From Podarcis liolepis (lineage: Eukaryota), in NCBI GenBank assembly GCA_965112155.1, contig OZ218107.1: a stretch of 64,000 nt of DNA; one strand, 5' to 3'. The notes beneath the pieces are model-generated. The model saw only the letters and a list, made by a program, of their open reading frames with translations. It was not told the origin of the DNA and ran no database searches. Shown piece by piece: positions 13,760 to 27,361 of this stretch (its first letter is position 1; each line of letters starts with the position of its first letter). Both the position numbers and the translations under genes were made by a program.

Positions 13760-14105
13760 TCTGTTCTGTTGCTGGCATCCATTTGTATGAACAGAGAATG
13801 GAGGAGTGCGTCTTCGGGGGTCAAGTCAAACCATTGGGAGGTTACAGCGCCTGCTGAGTCTGATACAGGAGAGACATGTTTTATGGCAGGTAGGGCAGAT
13901 GAAGGTGTCCAGGTGCACCATGGCATTTCTTCTGTCTGCGTTCCTCCCAGCAGTCATTCCTCCTTTGGTCACTGCTGTGGATGCACAACCTGACTGCCTC
14001 CAGGCACTGTGATTGTCTGCAAGGGATTTCCATATGGTGGGGTTAACGTTGGCAGCCTTCTTGTCACGTTTGCAGACATCTTTGTAACACAGAATTTGCC
14101 AACAG
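13760..14105 (-). mobile_element. RTE-clade LINE 3' fragment, not BovB
   Basis: Minus strand reads ILCYKDVCKRDKKAANVNPTIWE, the RTE C-terminal LRYKDxxKRD motif. Confidence 0.7.
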
Positions 14106-17100
14106 AAGGGGGTGGACTTTGGTAATCTTTCATACTATGCAGCCCTGTGTGAGTGCAAAATTTGGCACCCCCTAATCGATCTGCTCAATTATGGATCTTC
14201 TTAATTTGGCACCCCCTGTGCAAACTGCCCACATCATCTTAAATCCATGCTGGTTTTGGGAAGAAAGCAATAATGTGGAATAGAATGCTGAAATGCATCT
14301 AAGATACAAAACAAAATCTCTGTTGGATGAGACTAATGGTCCATTGGTCCAGCATTCCATGTCCCACTGTGGTCAACCAGAAGGTCCTCTGGGAACCAAT
14401 AGTTCTCTCTTGTAGTCGCTTCTCAGCCTCTGTTATTCATTTCCGTAGTGTCTTTGAACTGGGAAGTTGCATATACTGTAGCTAATGTGATTGGCAGCCA
14501 TTGATTGTCTCATTCTCTATTAATTTGTCTAACCTCCAAAATAAGTATCAACTGATGGCCATTATACATCTTGTAGAAGTGAGTTCCATAAATTAATGGC
14601 ATGGTGAGTGAAGATGCACATCTTTTTGACTGCTTTGAAACCCTTGCAATCAAAGACATGGCCTAACAAGAGAAAGAAATGTCAGTTTAGAATAATTCCC
14701 TTCAAAGTGGAGCTTATTGCCTAACCCCAACCATGGGTCTTCCTTAATTCTCTGTGTTTAGTACAATGTTGCTTTATTCCCATGAAAACCCTACTGAGTT
14801 TTGCAGAATTTACCTCCCCATAAGCATGCCTCAGATTACAGACTTATTCAATATGCCTATGATTCCCCCTACAGTGGGACTAATAGAGTCTATTAAAAGA
14901 CTGCTGAAAAGGAAGTTAGCACACAATCCATTGGGTATTTTACTTATGTTCCACTGAAATTAATGATGAAATTAGTGGGGATATTGTAAAAGTATATTAA
15001 AATTAGGATGGATATGAAGCAAGAGAGAGATTTGTTCAGTATTTGTGTTTCCGTTTTACCCCTTTGCAATATGGTCTGTAAACTTTATTGTATGTACCAG
15101 GCCCTATGACAAACCTTGTACCTTTTTATCAGAAATGGATACCAGTGTTTTGAGCAGTACAAAACACGGGCATAGAGAGTTTCCCAGGTTCTGCTTTCTA
15201 AACTTTCTTTCATGACTCATTTGTACCTCAAATATCTGTCTGTTTCTCAAGAACAAAACATTATTATTTGAAGGCTGCAAGCCTGACAGGGTTCAAACTG
15301 CAGCTTCTTGAACTGGATACCAACACAGTGCTTGTCTCCTGGTGGGCTTAAGTTTTTATTTTGAGTTGCGCCTCTCTAGCATTTCAATTACAGCCCACAG
15401 CACCATGACTATGTGAATTCTTGTGCTAAATTTAATCAAGTGCTCCTCCAAGGTGGAAAAGAACATATCTTTGGAATTAATGGAAGGAGACAAATGAAAT
15501 CAGTCCCCAGGATCTTACTTCTGTCCATTCACAGCCAAAGGATGTCCCAGTGCAAAGACCTTCAGCAGCAAGTGAAGCCTGAAGCCTGATAATGTAAAAA
15601 CTTAAAATCGCAAGGTATGAAATCTATGAAAAATGGTACACTTCATCTGGGCTGTAGAATCAACAAGAATCTAATAAAGTTAATCAGATCATCACCATTC
15701 AAGTGCACATCAATTTGAATTGTTTCTCCATTATGAAGTGCTTGTCTGTAAATTATTGCAGAGAAAGCCATTTTCAAATTAATGTTGGAGCCATTAGAAA
15801 ATACAAAGGGCATTTTCATTAATTAGAGACAGCTTTCTCTCCTCTCTTTTCATCATTACCTTTGCTACCCAGAATCAGTTTAGTGCTCAGATTTATTGAC
15901 ATATGTGATTCAGTGGCAGTATTTGTTTAGAGTTCATCCTATACCTGGTGGGATAAACTCATTAAGTGTAAATGAATAGTTATGTAGTCATCATCTGAAA
16001 TGAGTCGGCACAGTCTTCTGAAGTCATTATGAAGCACCTGAACACAGCTGGAGCAAAAGTCCCTGTGAAGGTTATAGCTTCACTCCAAGTTTAACCAACA
16101 TTTATGCCCATTATTGTCACAGAATATAATCTTGGTGAAAGAAAATAGGATCTTCATTTTATTTGAGGTTGGAGTTCTTCCATTCTGTGGACATGAAGCT
16201 GTGGACATGAAGCTTCCAGTAGCAAGAAATTAGTGGGTGTGGACAGTGCTAGAAACTCAGATATATAAGCTAGACGTCAAATGGCTCCTTAAACCAAAGT
16301 TACAGTTGCCAAAGCGGAATGCAAAGGTTTGGGGCCAGATGGTCCTAAAGTCACATTTTTCAATACAACTTTCTGGTTCCTGAAATCCGTTCTGATTGTG
16401 CAGAGAAAATATCATGGATAGAATTATACAGGATGTGCTGTTAGTGTGTGAAAACAGTCAAGATCCAAGGATCCCCAGGCATGCACCTCCAGATGGTGGA
16501 GACATCAGGCGCCATCTTGGTGCCTGGGCATCTTCAGTTGGTCACAAGTGGCCAATAGTGGCAAATTTTGAACAGGTGTGGATGCTTCTCAACAAACCGC
16601 ACATTGTCAAACAGAATTGGCATTGTCAAAGAATGCAGAAAAATGTGTTTAGTCCAGAAAGCTAAGGACAGGAGATGCATATATAGCTTCCCTTTCTAGA
16701 TAGGTATGGGGAAGCTGAGGCTCTCCGTTTGTTTTTGAACTTGTAGTCTCATCATCCCTGGCCCTTGGCCATTCTGGTTTGGGCTGATGGACATCCAACA
16801 GCATCTTGAGGGCCACAAGTTCCATTGTTGTTGCAGATATATGGTGGGTGGACCCATGTGTGACCAATCTTGCCCTATTCAAGGAGAGAACATGTGGGGG
16901 AAATTGAGGGGGGTGGGTCCTAAGTGTTGTTGGTGCCAGCTCCACCACCAATAGCCCTTCCTGACTGACTGCACCACAACCTCCTGTGTTGAGTGGGTAT
17001 TTTCACGCATTCGGCTGAAGCACTTAGACTCATTCCAATCAGTGGTGCCCTGTGTGATGCCCAAATTCAGTGCTCTTCTGCCTCTCATGCTCTAGTCACA

Positions 17101-17714
17101 CTGCTGGAAGGATACTGTAAGCCAGGAACGTCCCAACAGGTAGATCACTGAACATTTGTGGTAGATTACTGGCTCCCCCCAAAGAAGCTCAACAAGTAGA
17201 TTGCAGTCTTTTGGGAGATGGCCACCCCTGCTGTAAGCACAATGAAAAATACATGCTCTCCGCCTTTTTCTCAAAAATATAAATAAAAATCATGCTTCAT
17301 ATGTGAGATGTCACTGCGAACTTTAAGAGGAATGACATCAAATTCCATATTTGCATTTGAGAGTTTTATTCTATGATCCTAAATAAAATATGGGGGGGGG
17401 GGAAATGCTGCACAACAGAGACAAGAGCAGGATAATCTAGTGTCAGGCTACTCAAGCAAGCTTTGGGAGAGATGATGCCAAAAGGCCCTGACTCTAATAG
17501 AATTAACAGTTTTTATCAGTGTTCTCATAACCTGTTCCACATAATTCAGTTTTCCACAGACTATTATAAGCAATGAAGCCTTGGATCAGGTCATAGATGA
17601 TGCCACCATCTGTTGTTTCAGAAACCAATGTCATCACCATTACTCTCTTGTTAATGACACACAGTCTTGTGGTAGTCAAGAAGGCCTTCTCTTCTGTTCC
17701 TCAACCATTACACC

Positions 17715-17884
17715 NNNNNNNNNNNNNNNNNNNNNNNNNNNNNNNNNNNNNNNNNNNNNNNNNNNNNNNNNNNNNNNNNNNNNNNNNNNNNNNNNNNNNN
17801 NNNNNNNNNNNNNNNNNNNNNNNNNNNNNNNNNNNNNNNNNNNNNNNNNNNNNNNNNNNNNNNNNNNNNNNNNNNNNNNNNNNN
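17715..17884. other. Assembly gap (170 N)
   Basis: N run. Confidence 1.
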
Positions 17885-18237
17885 AGAGATGTTTAATGCA
17901 ACTTACAAATGTGGCAAAGGTATATGACCTCAGCTACCATAGCATCAATTTCCAATCTGTGATGGTGGTATGAAGTGCAAAACTTTGTAGTCATTATCAG
18001 CTGTTCGTGGCAAATTGTTTCACTTCAAACAGGATGGAGACCAAAATGTCCTCCATCTTTGTTTGTTAGTTGAATACCACTCAAATATGTAAACAATGTT
18101 TTCCTCAGAAAATTAATAGGCATGGCTAAGTTAGGACCATTAATTTCAGTGGAATAAAAGTTAATTGAATACCACACACAAGTTCAATCTCAAACCATCA
18201 ATAGTGATTTTGTCCTATACTAGTGGCTAACAAAGTC

Positions 18238-18291
<54 letters not shown>
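18238..18291. repeat. (TTTA)n microsatellite
   Basis: Seen directly. Confidence 0.95.
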
Positions 18292-18293
<2 letters not shown>

Positions 18294-19394
18294 AAAACCC
18301 ATAATATTAAAATGTTACTTTTTAAAATGTTTGCTCTGGTGCGGAAGCAATGGTGGTGTGGGTCAGGGCAGGCCCCTGCAGAGGTAGGGGGCTGCTGGCT
18401 TCATGGACATAGGTTGCCATGCCAAGAACGAGAGTCCCACCCCAGACCTCAGACAAGGTCTGCCCAGGCCTGGTTCAGAGAGCAAAATCTGGAGCCACCT
18501 CAGGATAAGTACTGCAGCAAAGCCACAACTGTATGTATGATTGTGGAAGTTCCAATTTCATTCTTTTTGTTTCTGGAAACATGATACACAGTATACCATC
18601 AAGTGCTCAAAACTGCCACCTCTTGATTGCATAATCTTGTCATTTTGCACAGCCTTTTTTTTTTATAAACACTTAATAATAATAATAATCACAATATCCT
18701 TTAGCACTGAAAAACCACAGAGGTTAATAGTCTTCCAGAATCTCTATTAAAGGTGACATAGTGAGCAGTGCAAATATGGTATAATGCCTGTCTTTGCATT
18801 TATTTGCAAATATGTACAGATATGCTCCATGCAAATTAATCCTCCGCTGCATTATAGGGAAGGAATCATGTTGTGTGGTCAAAAGGGTGGGGTAGAGGTA
18901 ATCTGATTTAAGCACAGCATGTAAAAATTAATTGAAAGTCAGAACTCCATAGTGTTTATTATAAAGTAATTTCACACCAGCTCAGGATTAATAGGTGATT
19001 ACTATGTTAATTGAACGGCAGCATGCTTTAGTAAAATACAATGAATTGTTTTTTTTTAAGCCCTCTATTTTATCTGGGGGATTTGGTTGTGGTTCTGTAA
19101 AAAAATAATTATTTTCTTCTTTTCCTTGAAGAAAACTGTTTGAAATTATTTTGGTGATAACCAGGTATTCTGCAAAGCTATGTAACATGGCTCACGTGCA
19201 AGCCAGCCTGCCAATTTCCTCTTCAGGGAACAATGCTTTGAACATGGCCTTGTCCCTGAAAGAAAAAACCCTTCCGTAAACCTCCGATTGGTTTATTTGG
19301 GCATGCTGACTGCTGTAGAGATGAAAATGGAGGTCATCCAAGAAAAAATTGTTAGTTTTCCTCACCTTGTTGCTCTCCTTGATGGTATGATATT

Positions 19395-19958
19395 GATGAT
19401 GATGGTGATGATGATGATGATTAAATTATACCCCACCCATCTGGCTGGGTTTCCCCAGCCACTCTGGGTGGCCTCCAACAGAATATTAAAAACACAATAA
19501 AACACCAAACATTAAAAACTTCCCTTAACAGGGCTGCCTTCAGATGTCTTCTAAAAGTCAGATAGTTGTTTATTTCCTTGACATCTGATGGGAGGGTGTT
19601 CCACAGGATGGGTGCTACTAACCAGAAGGCCCTCTGCCTGGTTCCCTGTAACTTGGCTTCTCGCAGGGAGGAAATTGCCAGAAACCCTTGGCACTGAACC
19701 TCAGTGTCCAGGCAGAATGATGGGGGTGGAGATGCTTCTTCAGGTATACTGGGCCGAGGCTGTTTAGGACTTTAAAGGTCAGCACCAACACTTTGAATTT
19801 TGCTTGGAAACATACTGGGAGCCAATGTAGGTCTTTTAGGACCGGTATAATATGGTCTCGGTGGCCGCTCCCAGTCACCAGTCTAGCTGCTGCATTCTGG
19901 ATTAATTGTACTTTCTGGGTCACCTTCAAAGGTAGCCCTACGTAGAGTACATTGCAGA
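19395..19958 (-). mobile_element. L2 LINE 3' fragment
   Basis: ORF 19618-20052 contains CNVLYVGLPLK...QLIQNAAARLVTG...HIIPVLKDLHWLPV, the L2 ORF2 C-terminus; (ATC)n tail. Confidence 0.92.
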
Positions 19959-20336
19959 AGTGCTGTGATGCCAAATGGTTCAAACACATCTGCCCTCGCT
20001 GAAGCTCAGAGAGTTGGAGCTGGACGACCTTGGGGGATGATGGGGGAGCCAAAAAGGGGACCCCAAGAATTGTCTGAACTGGTAAGCTAGGAGTAAGGAG
20101 TTGGATCGAGAAGAGGGCTCCAGTCAGGTGACAGAGAAGTGTTCTGCTCTTGTGATATAGGATGCCTCTAGCCAGACACCTCCTAGAGTCGAACTGCTAC
20201 CGCTAGCTCCTCCTGTCAGTGAGGAGCCCTCCCCTTCTGGAGAGGTGACCAGGAGTCAGTGCTGATTCCACCTCTGTCACCTAGGAAATGGAGGTGCCAA
20301 TGCAAAGAAATACCATTGGCTCAACTCACTTGAAGG

Positions 20337-20990
20337 CAGGGCTTTTTTCGGCAGGAGTTCACTGGAGCTCAGCTCCGGCACTTCTGGGCTGCATCAATAG
20401 GAGTATAGCATCTAGATCAAGGGAAGTAATAGTGCCACTGTATTCTGCTCTGGTCAGACCTCACCTGGAGTACTGTGTCCAGTTCTGGGCACCACAATTC
20501 AAGAAGGACACTGACAAACTGGAACGTGTCCAGAGGAGGGCAACCAAAATGGTCAAAGGCCTGGAAACGATGCCTTATGAGGAACAGCTAAGGGAGCTGG
20601 GCATGTTTAGCCTGGAGAAGAGGAGGTTAAGGGGTGATATGATAGCCATGTTCAAATATATAAAAGGATGTCATATAGAGCAGGGAGAAAGGTTGTTTTC
20701 TGCTGCTCCAGAGAAGCGGACACGGAGCAATGGATCCAAACTACAAGAAAGAAGATTCCACCTAAACATTAGGAAGAACTTCCTGACAGTAAGAGCTGTT
20801 CGACAGTGGAATTTGCTGCCAAGGAGTGTGTTGGAGTCTCCTTCTTTGGAGGTCTTTAAGCAGAGGCTTGACAACCATATGTCAGGAGTGCTCTGATGGT
20901 GTTTCCTGCTTGGCAGGGGGTTGGACTCAATGGCCCTTGTGGTCTCTTCCAACTCTATGATTCTATGATTTCTCTGGAAAAATAGCACTG
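20337..20990. mobile_element. hAT-type MITE split by a CR1 insertion
   Basis: Ends CAGGGCTTTTTT / AAAAATAGCACTG with 8-bp TSD CTTGAAGG (20329-20336, 20991-20998); an uninterrupted relative sits at 39422-39546. Confidence 0.85.
20381..20970 (+). mobile_element. CR1 LINE 3' fragment
   Basis: [35 protein letters not shown]...; (ATTCTATG)n terminus. Confidence 0.96.
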
Positions 20991-21158
20991 CTTGAAGGAG
21001 TGCCCATTTGCTTGCCCACTCCCAAGTCTCTACCATTTGCTGTGTTAAGAGCTGTGTTTCAATGGGGAAGAGGCCTGTGTCCCTGTCAGATCAATGTCTT
21101 AGCTTGCACTTAGCCATACATTTCACTTGCTGTGCCTTGTAACCCTCACCTTGCTTAC

Positions 21159-21190
<32 letters not shown>

Positions 21191-21202
21191 GTGTGTGTGT
21201 GT
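21159..21202. repeat. (GT)n microsatellite
   Basis: Seen directly. Confidence 0.95.
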
Positions 21203-21314
21203 TTGGCAGAAATAGGGCTGCAAGTTTAAGTTCTTTGTCCGGCAGTGAGGACCAAGAAAATAACATCCTTCCACGTTGGTTGTAACTTTGTTACACTGAC
21301 TACAAGTTGCTATG

Positions 21315-21540
21315 CAGTGGTACCTCAGGTTACAGACGCTTCAGGTTACAGACTCCGCTAACCCAGAAATAGTACCTCGGGTTAAGAACTTTGCTTCAGG
21401 ATGAGAACAGAAATCACGCATCAGCGGCGTGGCGGCAGCAGGAGGTCCCATTAGCTAAAGTGGTGCTTCAGGTTAAGAACAGTTTCAGGTTAAAAACGGA
21501 CCTCCAGAACATATTACGTACTTAACCCGAAGTACCACTG
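21315..21540. mobile_element. Tigger-like MITE, same family as 13414-13666
   Basis: CAGTGGTACCTC...GTACCACTG|TA; collinear with the other copies. Confidence 0.92.
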
Positions 21541-22861
21541 TATAGGAAATGTGTCATAAGCAGTTGAGGTTTCCACTTGAAAAGGATGTAGCAAGAGTTC
21601 CCACAGATCTAAACAGGCCAATCGAAACTGCATGTTTGATGCCACATGGAGTGAAATAGGATAGTTGCTGCCTCATTTCTGATTCTGCCTAATGTTGAGA
21701 AGTGTTACGTAGGGAGCAGTTCGCTCCACAAGTTTTTCCCAGCTGACAAAAGTGCAAGTGTAGAATGAGGACATGCGTATGATCTTTTTTATTAGCTAAA
21801 TAAAAATGGCCTCTGCTAATGGCCCGTTATAATGTAAACCAAGTGTGTATGTTAAAAACAAAGTAATGCAACTACAACCTAATGAAGCAGACTGCCTTAC
21901 TGGAGGGAAACAGAATAGCGAGGCACAGCTGGGATCTGAAAATGAGAAACTGCAAAGTTATTTGTGGAAAGAAAAAATGGAATCTCTTCTGCAGCCTGAT
22001 GGAAGAGTTGATAGGGAGTGCGACCTTTTGGCTCACCTTTCCTCTGGAAAATGTTGCAGCCCAGACTGGGCTATTTGAAATACCACTATTGAAATATGTT
22101 AATTCCATCCCTGCACTGCCACAAATGCTGAGCACGATCCCGCCAACTTTTTCTGTGAGAGACGCGGTTCTTTCAGACATACATACTTCTTTCTAAGTAC
22201 TTTAGAGGGCAACAAGGAAAGAAAATAAGAGGCAAGGGAAGTAAAGAAAGCTAACCTAGATTTTATAATTATGGGTAAATTACAGGATGGAATGGAATCA
22301 CATAAGAATGAAGTATTTATTTTTGAAATATTCCAGTTACAAAGTAAAGGGCTAGGGCGGATCAAAACGTTGTATAAAAACCCCCTGGTGCTGATGTGCC
22401 ATTTTGCACGGACAAGTTCCTTATCAGAGTGAAAGATCAATGTAACAATTTGAATGTGTAGCAGTGGAGTAGAGGCAAGTGACCACTTCTGTGTTTTGAG
22501 CTACATGCTACAGGCTGGCTTTCCATGTGGACGAGCAGCCACTGTGCACAGCCATTTACATCACCCTTTATGCCACTGTTTGCTCATGTGCATTGGGCCT
22601 AAACACAGTTGGATTGAGAGAGGGCAAATGCTGAATTATTCACATAGAGACAATGAGGTGTGAGCTGATGCCATCATGAAGAGTGCATCATTGACTGCTT
22701 GACTTGCCCTTGGTCGTCTTAAGTTATATAAGTTGTGGTTGAAGTAACTTCATGGTATAGGGTAGGAACTCAAGTGATAGTGCAAGGAAAAAGTTTACCT
22801 ATAACACATTTCAGTTAGGAGTTGTAGTTATTTATTTTGTTTAAAAACATTCCTAGACAAT

Positions 22862-23213
22862 GGGACACCGGTGGCGCAGTGGTCTAAACCACTGAGCCTC
22901 TTGGGCTTGCTAACCTAAGGTCGGCAGTTTGAATCCGTGTGATGGGTGAGCTCCTGTTTCTTGTCGAAGCTTCTGCTAACCTAGCAGTTCGAAAGCACAC
23001 CAGTGCAAGTAGATAAACAGGTTCCGCTGCGGCGGGAAGGTAAATGGCATTTCCGTGAGCTCTGGTTTCTGTCATGGTATTCTGTTGCACCAGAAGCTGT
23101 TTAGTCATGCTGGCCACATGACCTGGAAAGCTCGACCTGAAAGCAGAGATGAGTGCTACACCCCATGGTCGATTTTGACTGGACTTAAACATCCAGGGGT
23201 CCCTTAGCTTTTA
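22862..23213 (+). mobile_element. Sauria SINE
   Basis: gggacaccggtggcgcagtgg head, typical body, flanking CCTAGACA repeat. Confidence 0.9.
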
Positions 23214-26200
23214 CCTAGACAGTATCCTAAAGTTGGCTTAAAACAGCATGTTAATACAATGACAATAAAACATATTGGTATAATAGAAAATAACCTGAAG
23301 TATTTTTAAAACCTGGCATCAATGGTTGGGGTTCACAGTACTTACTCAGACTGCTAATCTGACATCACTGGCATTGATTTTATTGAATTCACTGAGGACA
23401 TACGTCATCAACAAGAGAATGGGAGAAGATAAATATAGCACAATTGACCCTTGGCTTGCTAAACCACCCTGGGAACTTGCTGAAAAGCTGGGCATAACGC
23501 AAATAAATAAACAAAGTGGTATGCATTGTGCTTTTAAACACACCACCATATAATCTTATATAAATATCAGTCTCCTCTTCAAGAGATTAACTTGAAGAGG
23601 AGATCGCTTCAGGCAGGAGATCCCATGGAAACATGCAGTACGTCTGTATAACAGAAATCTGGCTGAATGAAGGGGAAGGTATAAATGTCCTCAGGATTTT
23701 CAGTGCAATACTTGAAGGGTAAGAGGGAGAAACAGCTGTGGTTTATTAGGATAGCATCCCCCTAATTAAGTGTCCTGTCCAAGAGTATTGTGTTGAGTGG
23801 GAATCTGAGACAGAATTAGACTTCTGTAGCATACCACCTACTGCCTATCTCCTGGTCCAAGATGGCAGAGCTGGGTTTGGAGGTGATGTTGAGGAAACTG
23901 GAGGTTTAGGATTTGGGGATGCCTCGTCTGGAGTGACTTGGTATTTCATGGCCACCAGGCCACCCATGGGATTTTCTCAAATTATATTGGGCCCAATGCA
24001 TGTGGCAGAACTGGTCTTCTGTACAGTATGCCTGCATCTTACGCTGGAGTTCGGTTCCAACAGCAGTGTGTCTACATCAAAGTCATGTATGGTCAAATGT
24101 TGTGTTACCCACTGCTTTCCAGCCTGCCTTCCACAAAGCAGTGAGATAGGGCATCCATACCAGTCCCAGAGCTGGTGTGACAAGGATGCCCTGCCCAGGA
24201 AGCAAAGCTGAGGGAGCATAAAAGCTCTTTTTTTGTGCCTGGCGCTGCATGTGCTCTCCTGCTTCAGGGGTGTGGAACCTCAAGCCTTCCAGACCTCTCT
24301 GCCTGACCTTCAGAACACTCACTAGGCCACACACCTTTCCCCCAGGTGTTTCCCAAATGTTGTCAACTGGCGGGAAGGTGTCCTTTAACTCTGATAATGC
24401 CTCTTGCTTGTCTGGATAAAGTATACAGAGCTTGTGTGTGTGTGTGTATACACACAAGCTAGACTACTATAGAAAAGTAAAATTTGCCTTCATTGCTTCT
24501 CCCTCTTGCCCCCAACACACCATTGATATATTGATTTCGGAAGATTATGCAAAAGGGAAAGCAACCCTCAGGTTGGAAATCTTTCCCCACTCACGCAATT
24601 TCTTTGGATGTTTTCGAAGAAAATGTCAAAATGAAGGTTGAACAGGCAGAGCTCAAGAGAGTGGGCTTGAAAACCTTTGATTCTGTTGGCTCAAATGCAG
24701 AAGTGTGCATATCTTTTGATGTCGTCGTCTTCAGGTGACGAACACACATTGGTGAATGGGAACCTAGGAATCCCAGAGAAATGAGCAATGTTTCCTTAGC
24801 TTCAAGACACTCTGATAGGAGGAAACGAAACAAAAAGCAGCCCATGGAGAGGAGAGGTTTGGTATGCAAGGGAATTTCACGTATAGGATGTGGTGCCTTG
24901 GTGTTCACCAAAGGCTATCAGCCAGGCATTTATTAGAGATGTTTCCCCAGCTCTTTTCGTCTAGCACTGGGAAGATAGGAATGCTATCAGTTTGACATTT
25001 CTGTCAGAACTGGTATTTGAACCACTGGATGATTCTGACAAATGCCATTGCTGTCATCTGCTATTCAGTTTTAATTATGTCTGACTGACGCTTTCAATGG
25101 TAGCAGGAAGAAAACTTAATTAGCTGCTGTGAAGGCTGATCTACAGGGCTGGAGGACTTCAAGCAGCTTTGGAGGAGACACCTTAGAGTATCACCATTTC
25201 ACAATCTGATTAGACGTAGAAGAAGGATTAATTGTCCTACGCATGGAGGTTTCTTTTTATATTATTATTCTCTGGAAAGACTTTAATAGGAATATACGTC
25301 AACAGGAAACACAGATTCTGCAGCTTAACGTGTCAGAGCAGCTGCAAATTTGAGTTGCAAAGTACCTCAGTTCGCAAGGAACTGCTGCGCTAGCATGTTA
25401 GACGAGTCCAAAACTAATGTTAAGGGTGCAAAGGAAAAATATTATATGCTCAAGGGAACATCCGGCAAATGAACATCTGTTACCTTAAAGAGAAACATGC
25501 ACACCTTCAGCAGCAAATCTGCAAGCACCACACAATTTGAAACCCCTGAAAAGCAGGTATTTTCCTAACCTGTCACACACTGTATGAATAACCAGTTTGA
25601 AAAGGCTGTACTAAGGATTTCTACCACCTATCACTGTCTGCCATCAAGTTGTTAATATGCCTACAAGTCTGTATTAGTAAGGGGCAGTGAAAATATGCTT
25701 ATAGGATGCAATTGAAAATTAATTGTGTTTCTACTGCTTGCTGCAGATTCCCTGTGACCATGGCCTAGGAGTCACACACAGCGGACGGGCTGGCAAACCT
25801 GAATGCTAATGCAAGTTCATATTGTTTTATATATTTTTTAATGGAGACACTATAGGAAATAGATGTCAGGAAGGGTTCTAGGCGAGACTTCTCTCTAGAG
25901 CTGGCCCAAGACATGTTGTCCCAGTCCCCCTACATACCATTCAATGCATGGAAACTACATTGAAACTTACTTGAACGCTGGGGACAGGGCAACCATGTCC
26001 CATTGCTCTTGAGCTTGGCAGTGCAGAGTAGGCTTCACTGAGGAGCTCATGTCCTCTCTGCCTGCTTAAATGCTGCAGTGCAGCAGAGGTGGTGCTAGCA
26101 TGCGTCATGAGAGGCAAGCAATACACGCACATGTGTGATGCTTTCTGGACTGCGTGGCCTGGGCTGGCTGTTGCTCTGCTTCCCCCAACAGGAAAGAGAG

Positions 26201-26259
26201 GTTAGAGGCAAGAAAACCAACTAGCTGAGCTGGGACAGTAATGCAGACTGTCTCAGGAA

Positions 26260-27361
26260 CTCACACGACACTATCAAAGCTATAGTTACGTAAATCCAAC
26301 TAACAGTAACACCCACAACGTAACTGGCTGTGTTTAACTATATGACTTCTTTATACATCGTATAAACATACCTCTCTTCACATTATCAAATTAAGTACAG
26401 TCATACCTCAGGTTGAACGCGCTTCGGGTTGAGCGCGTTCGAGTTGCGCTCCGTGGCAACCTGGAAGTAACGGAGTGCATTACTTCTGGGTTTCGCCGCT
26501 TGCGCATGCGCAGCCACTCAAAATGATGTCACGCACATGCGCAGAAGCAGTGAAAAGCGACACGCGCGTGCGCAGACGTGCCATCACTAGTTACGTTTGC
26601 TTCTAGATGCGAACGGGGCTCCGGAACGGATCCTGTTCGTATCTAGAGGTACCACTGTAGAAGCAATTAAAGACCAACATTTTGAACAGGAAATACAAAT
26701 AGATCAGTTCTTATATACGCAATGTCCAAACAGAAACTTTTTCGTGTTCCACGTATGTCTTTACAAATATAAGTGTCAGACGCAACAACTTTAAGAAGCA
26801 GCATTTGCAGAAAATGAAATTTTTTCTTTGTAATGTTCCACATATGCCTTTGCAAAGTATAGTTGTTGTATGCAGTTGCTGTATGCAGGTATCAGATGAA
26901 AGATACAAAAGAGCTTAACATATCAGAGACATGGAACACGTGACACAAAATCTGAGTATGCACGGCTGACAAAGCCCAGCAGGGTAAAAGAAGGTAATAT
27001 TCCAGGAATCCTTGCCTTAAGTTCTTTCGTCTGATACCTGCATACAGCAACTGCATACAACAACTATACTTTGCAAAGGCATATGTGGAACATTACAAAG
27101 AAAAAGTTCATTTTCTGCAAGTACAGCTTCTTAAAGTTGTCACGTCTGACACTTGTATTCGTAACGACATACGTGGAACACGAAAAAGCTTCTATTTGGA
27201 CATTACGTGTATAAGAACTGATCTATTTGTATTTCCTGTTCAAAATGTTGGTCTTTAATTGCTTGTACTTAATTTGATAATGTGGAAAGAGGTATGTTTA
27301 TATAATGTATAAAGAATTCATATAGTTAAACATAGCCAGTTATGTTGTGGGTGATATTGTC
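26260..27361. mobile_element. Fold-back insertion with ~340-bp inverted arms and a 13-bp flanking direct repeat (possibly Penelope-like)
   Basis: Arms 26303-26903 (interrupted by a MITE) and 27023-27360, 119-bp spacer; ACTGTCTCAGGAA at 26247-26259 and 27362-27374. The inverted repeat is certain; the family is inferred. Confidence 0.75.
26398..26657. mobile_element. Tigger-like MITE inserted in the left arm of the fold-back element
   Basis: TA|CAGTCATACCTC...GAGGTACCACTG|TA; the right arm shows the empty single-TA site. Confidence 0.9.

Noticed and set aside
17581-17973. ORFs spanning N runs (also 30309-30521)
   Set aside because: Artefacts of assembly gaps.
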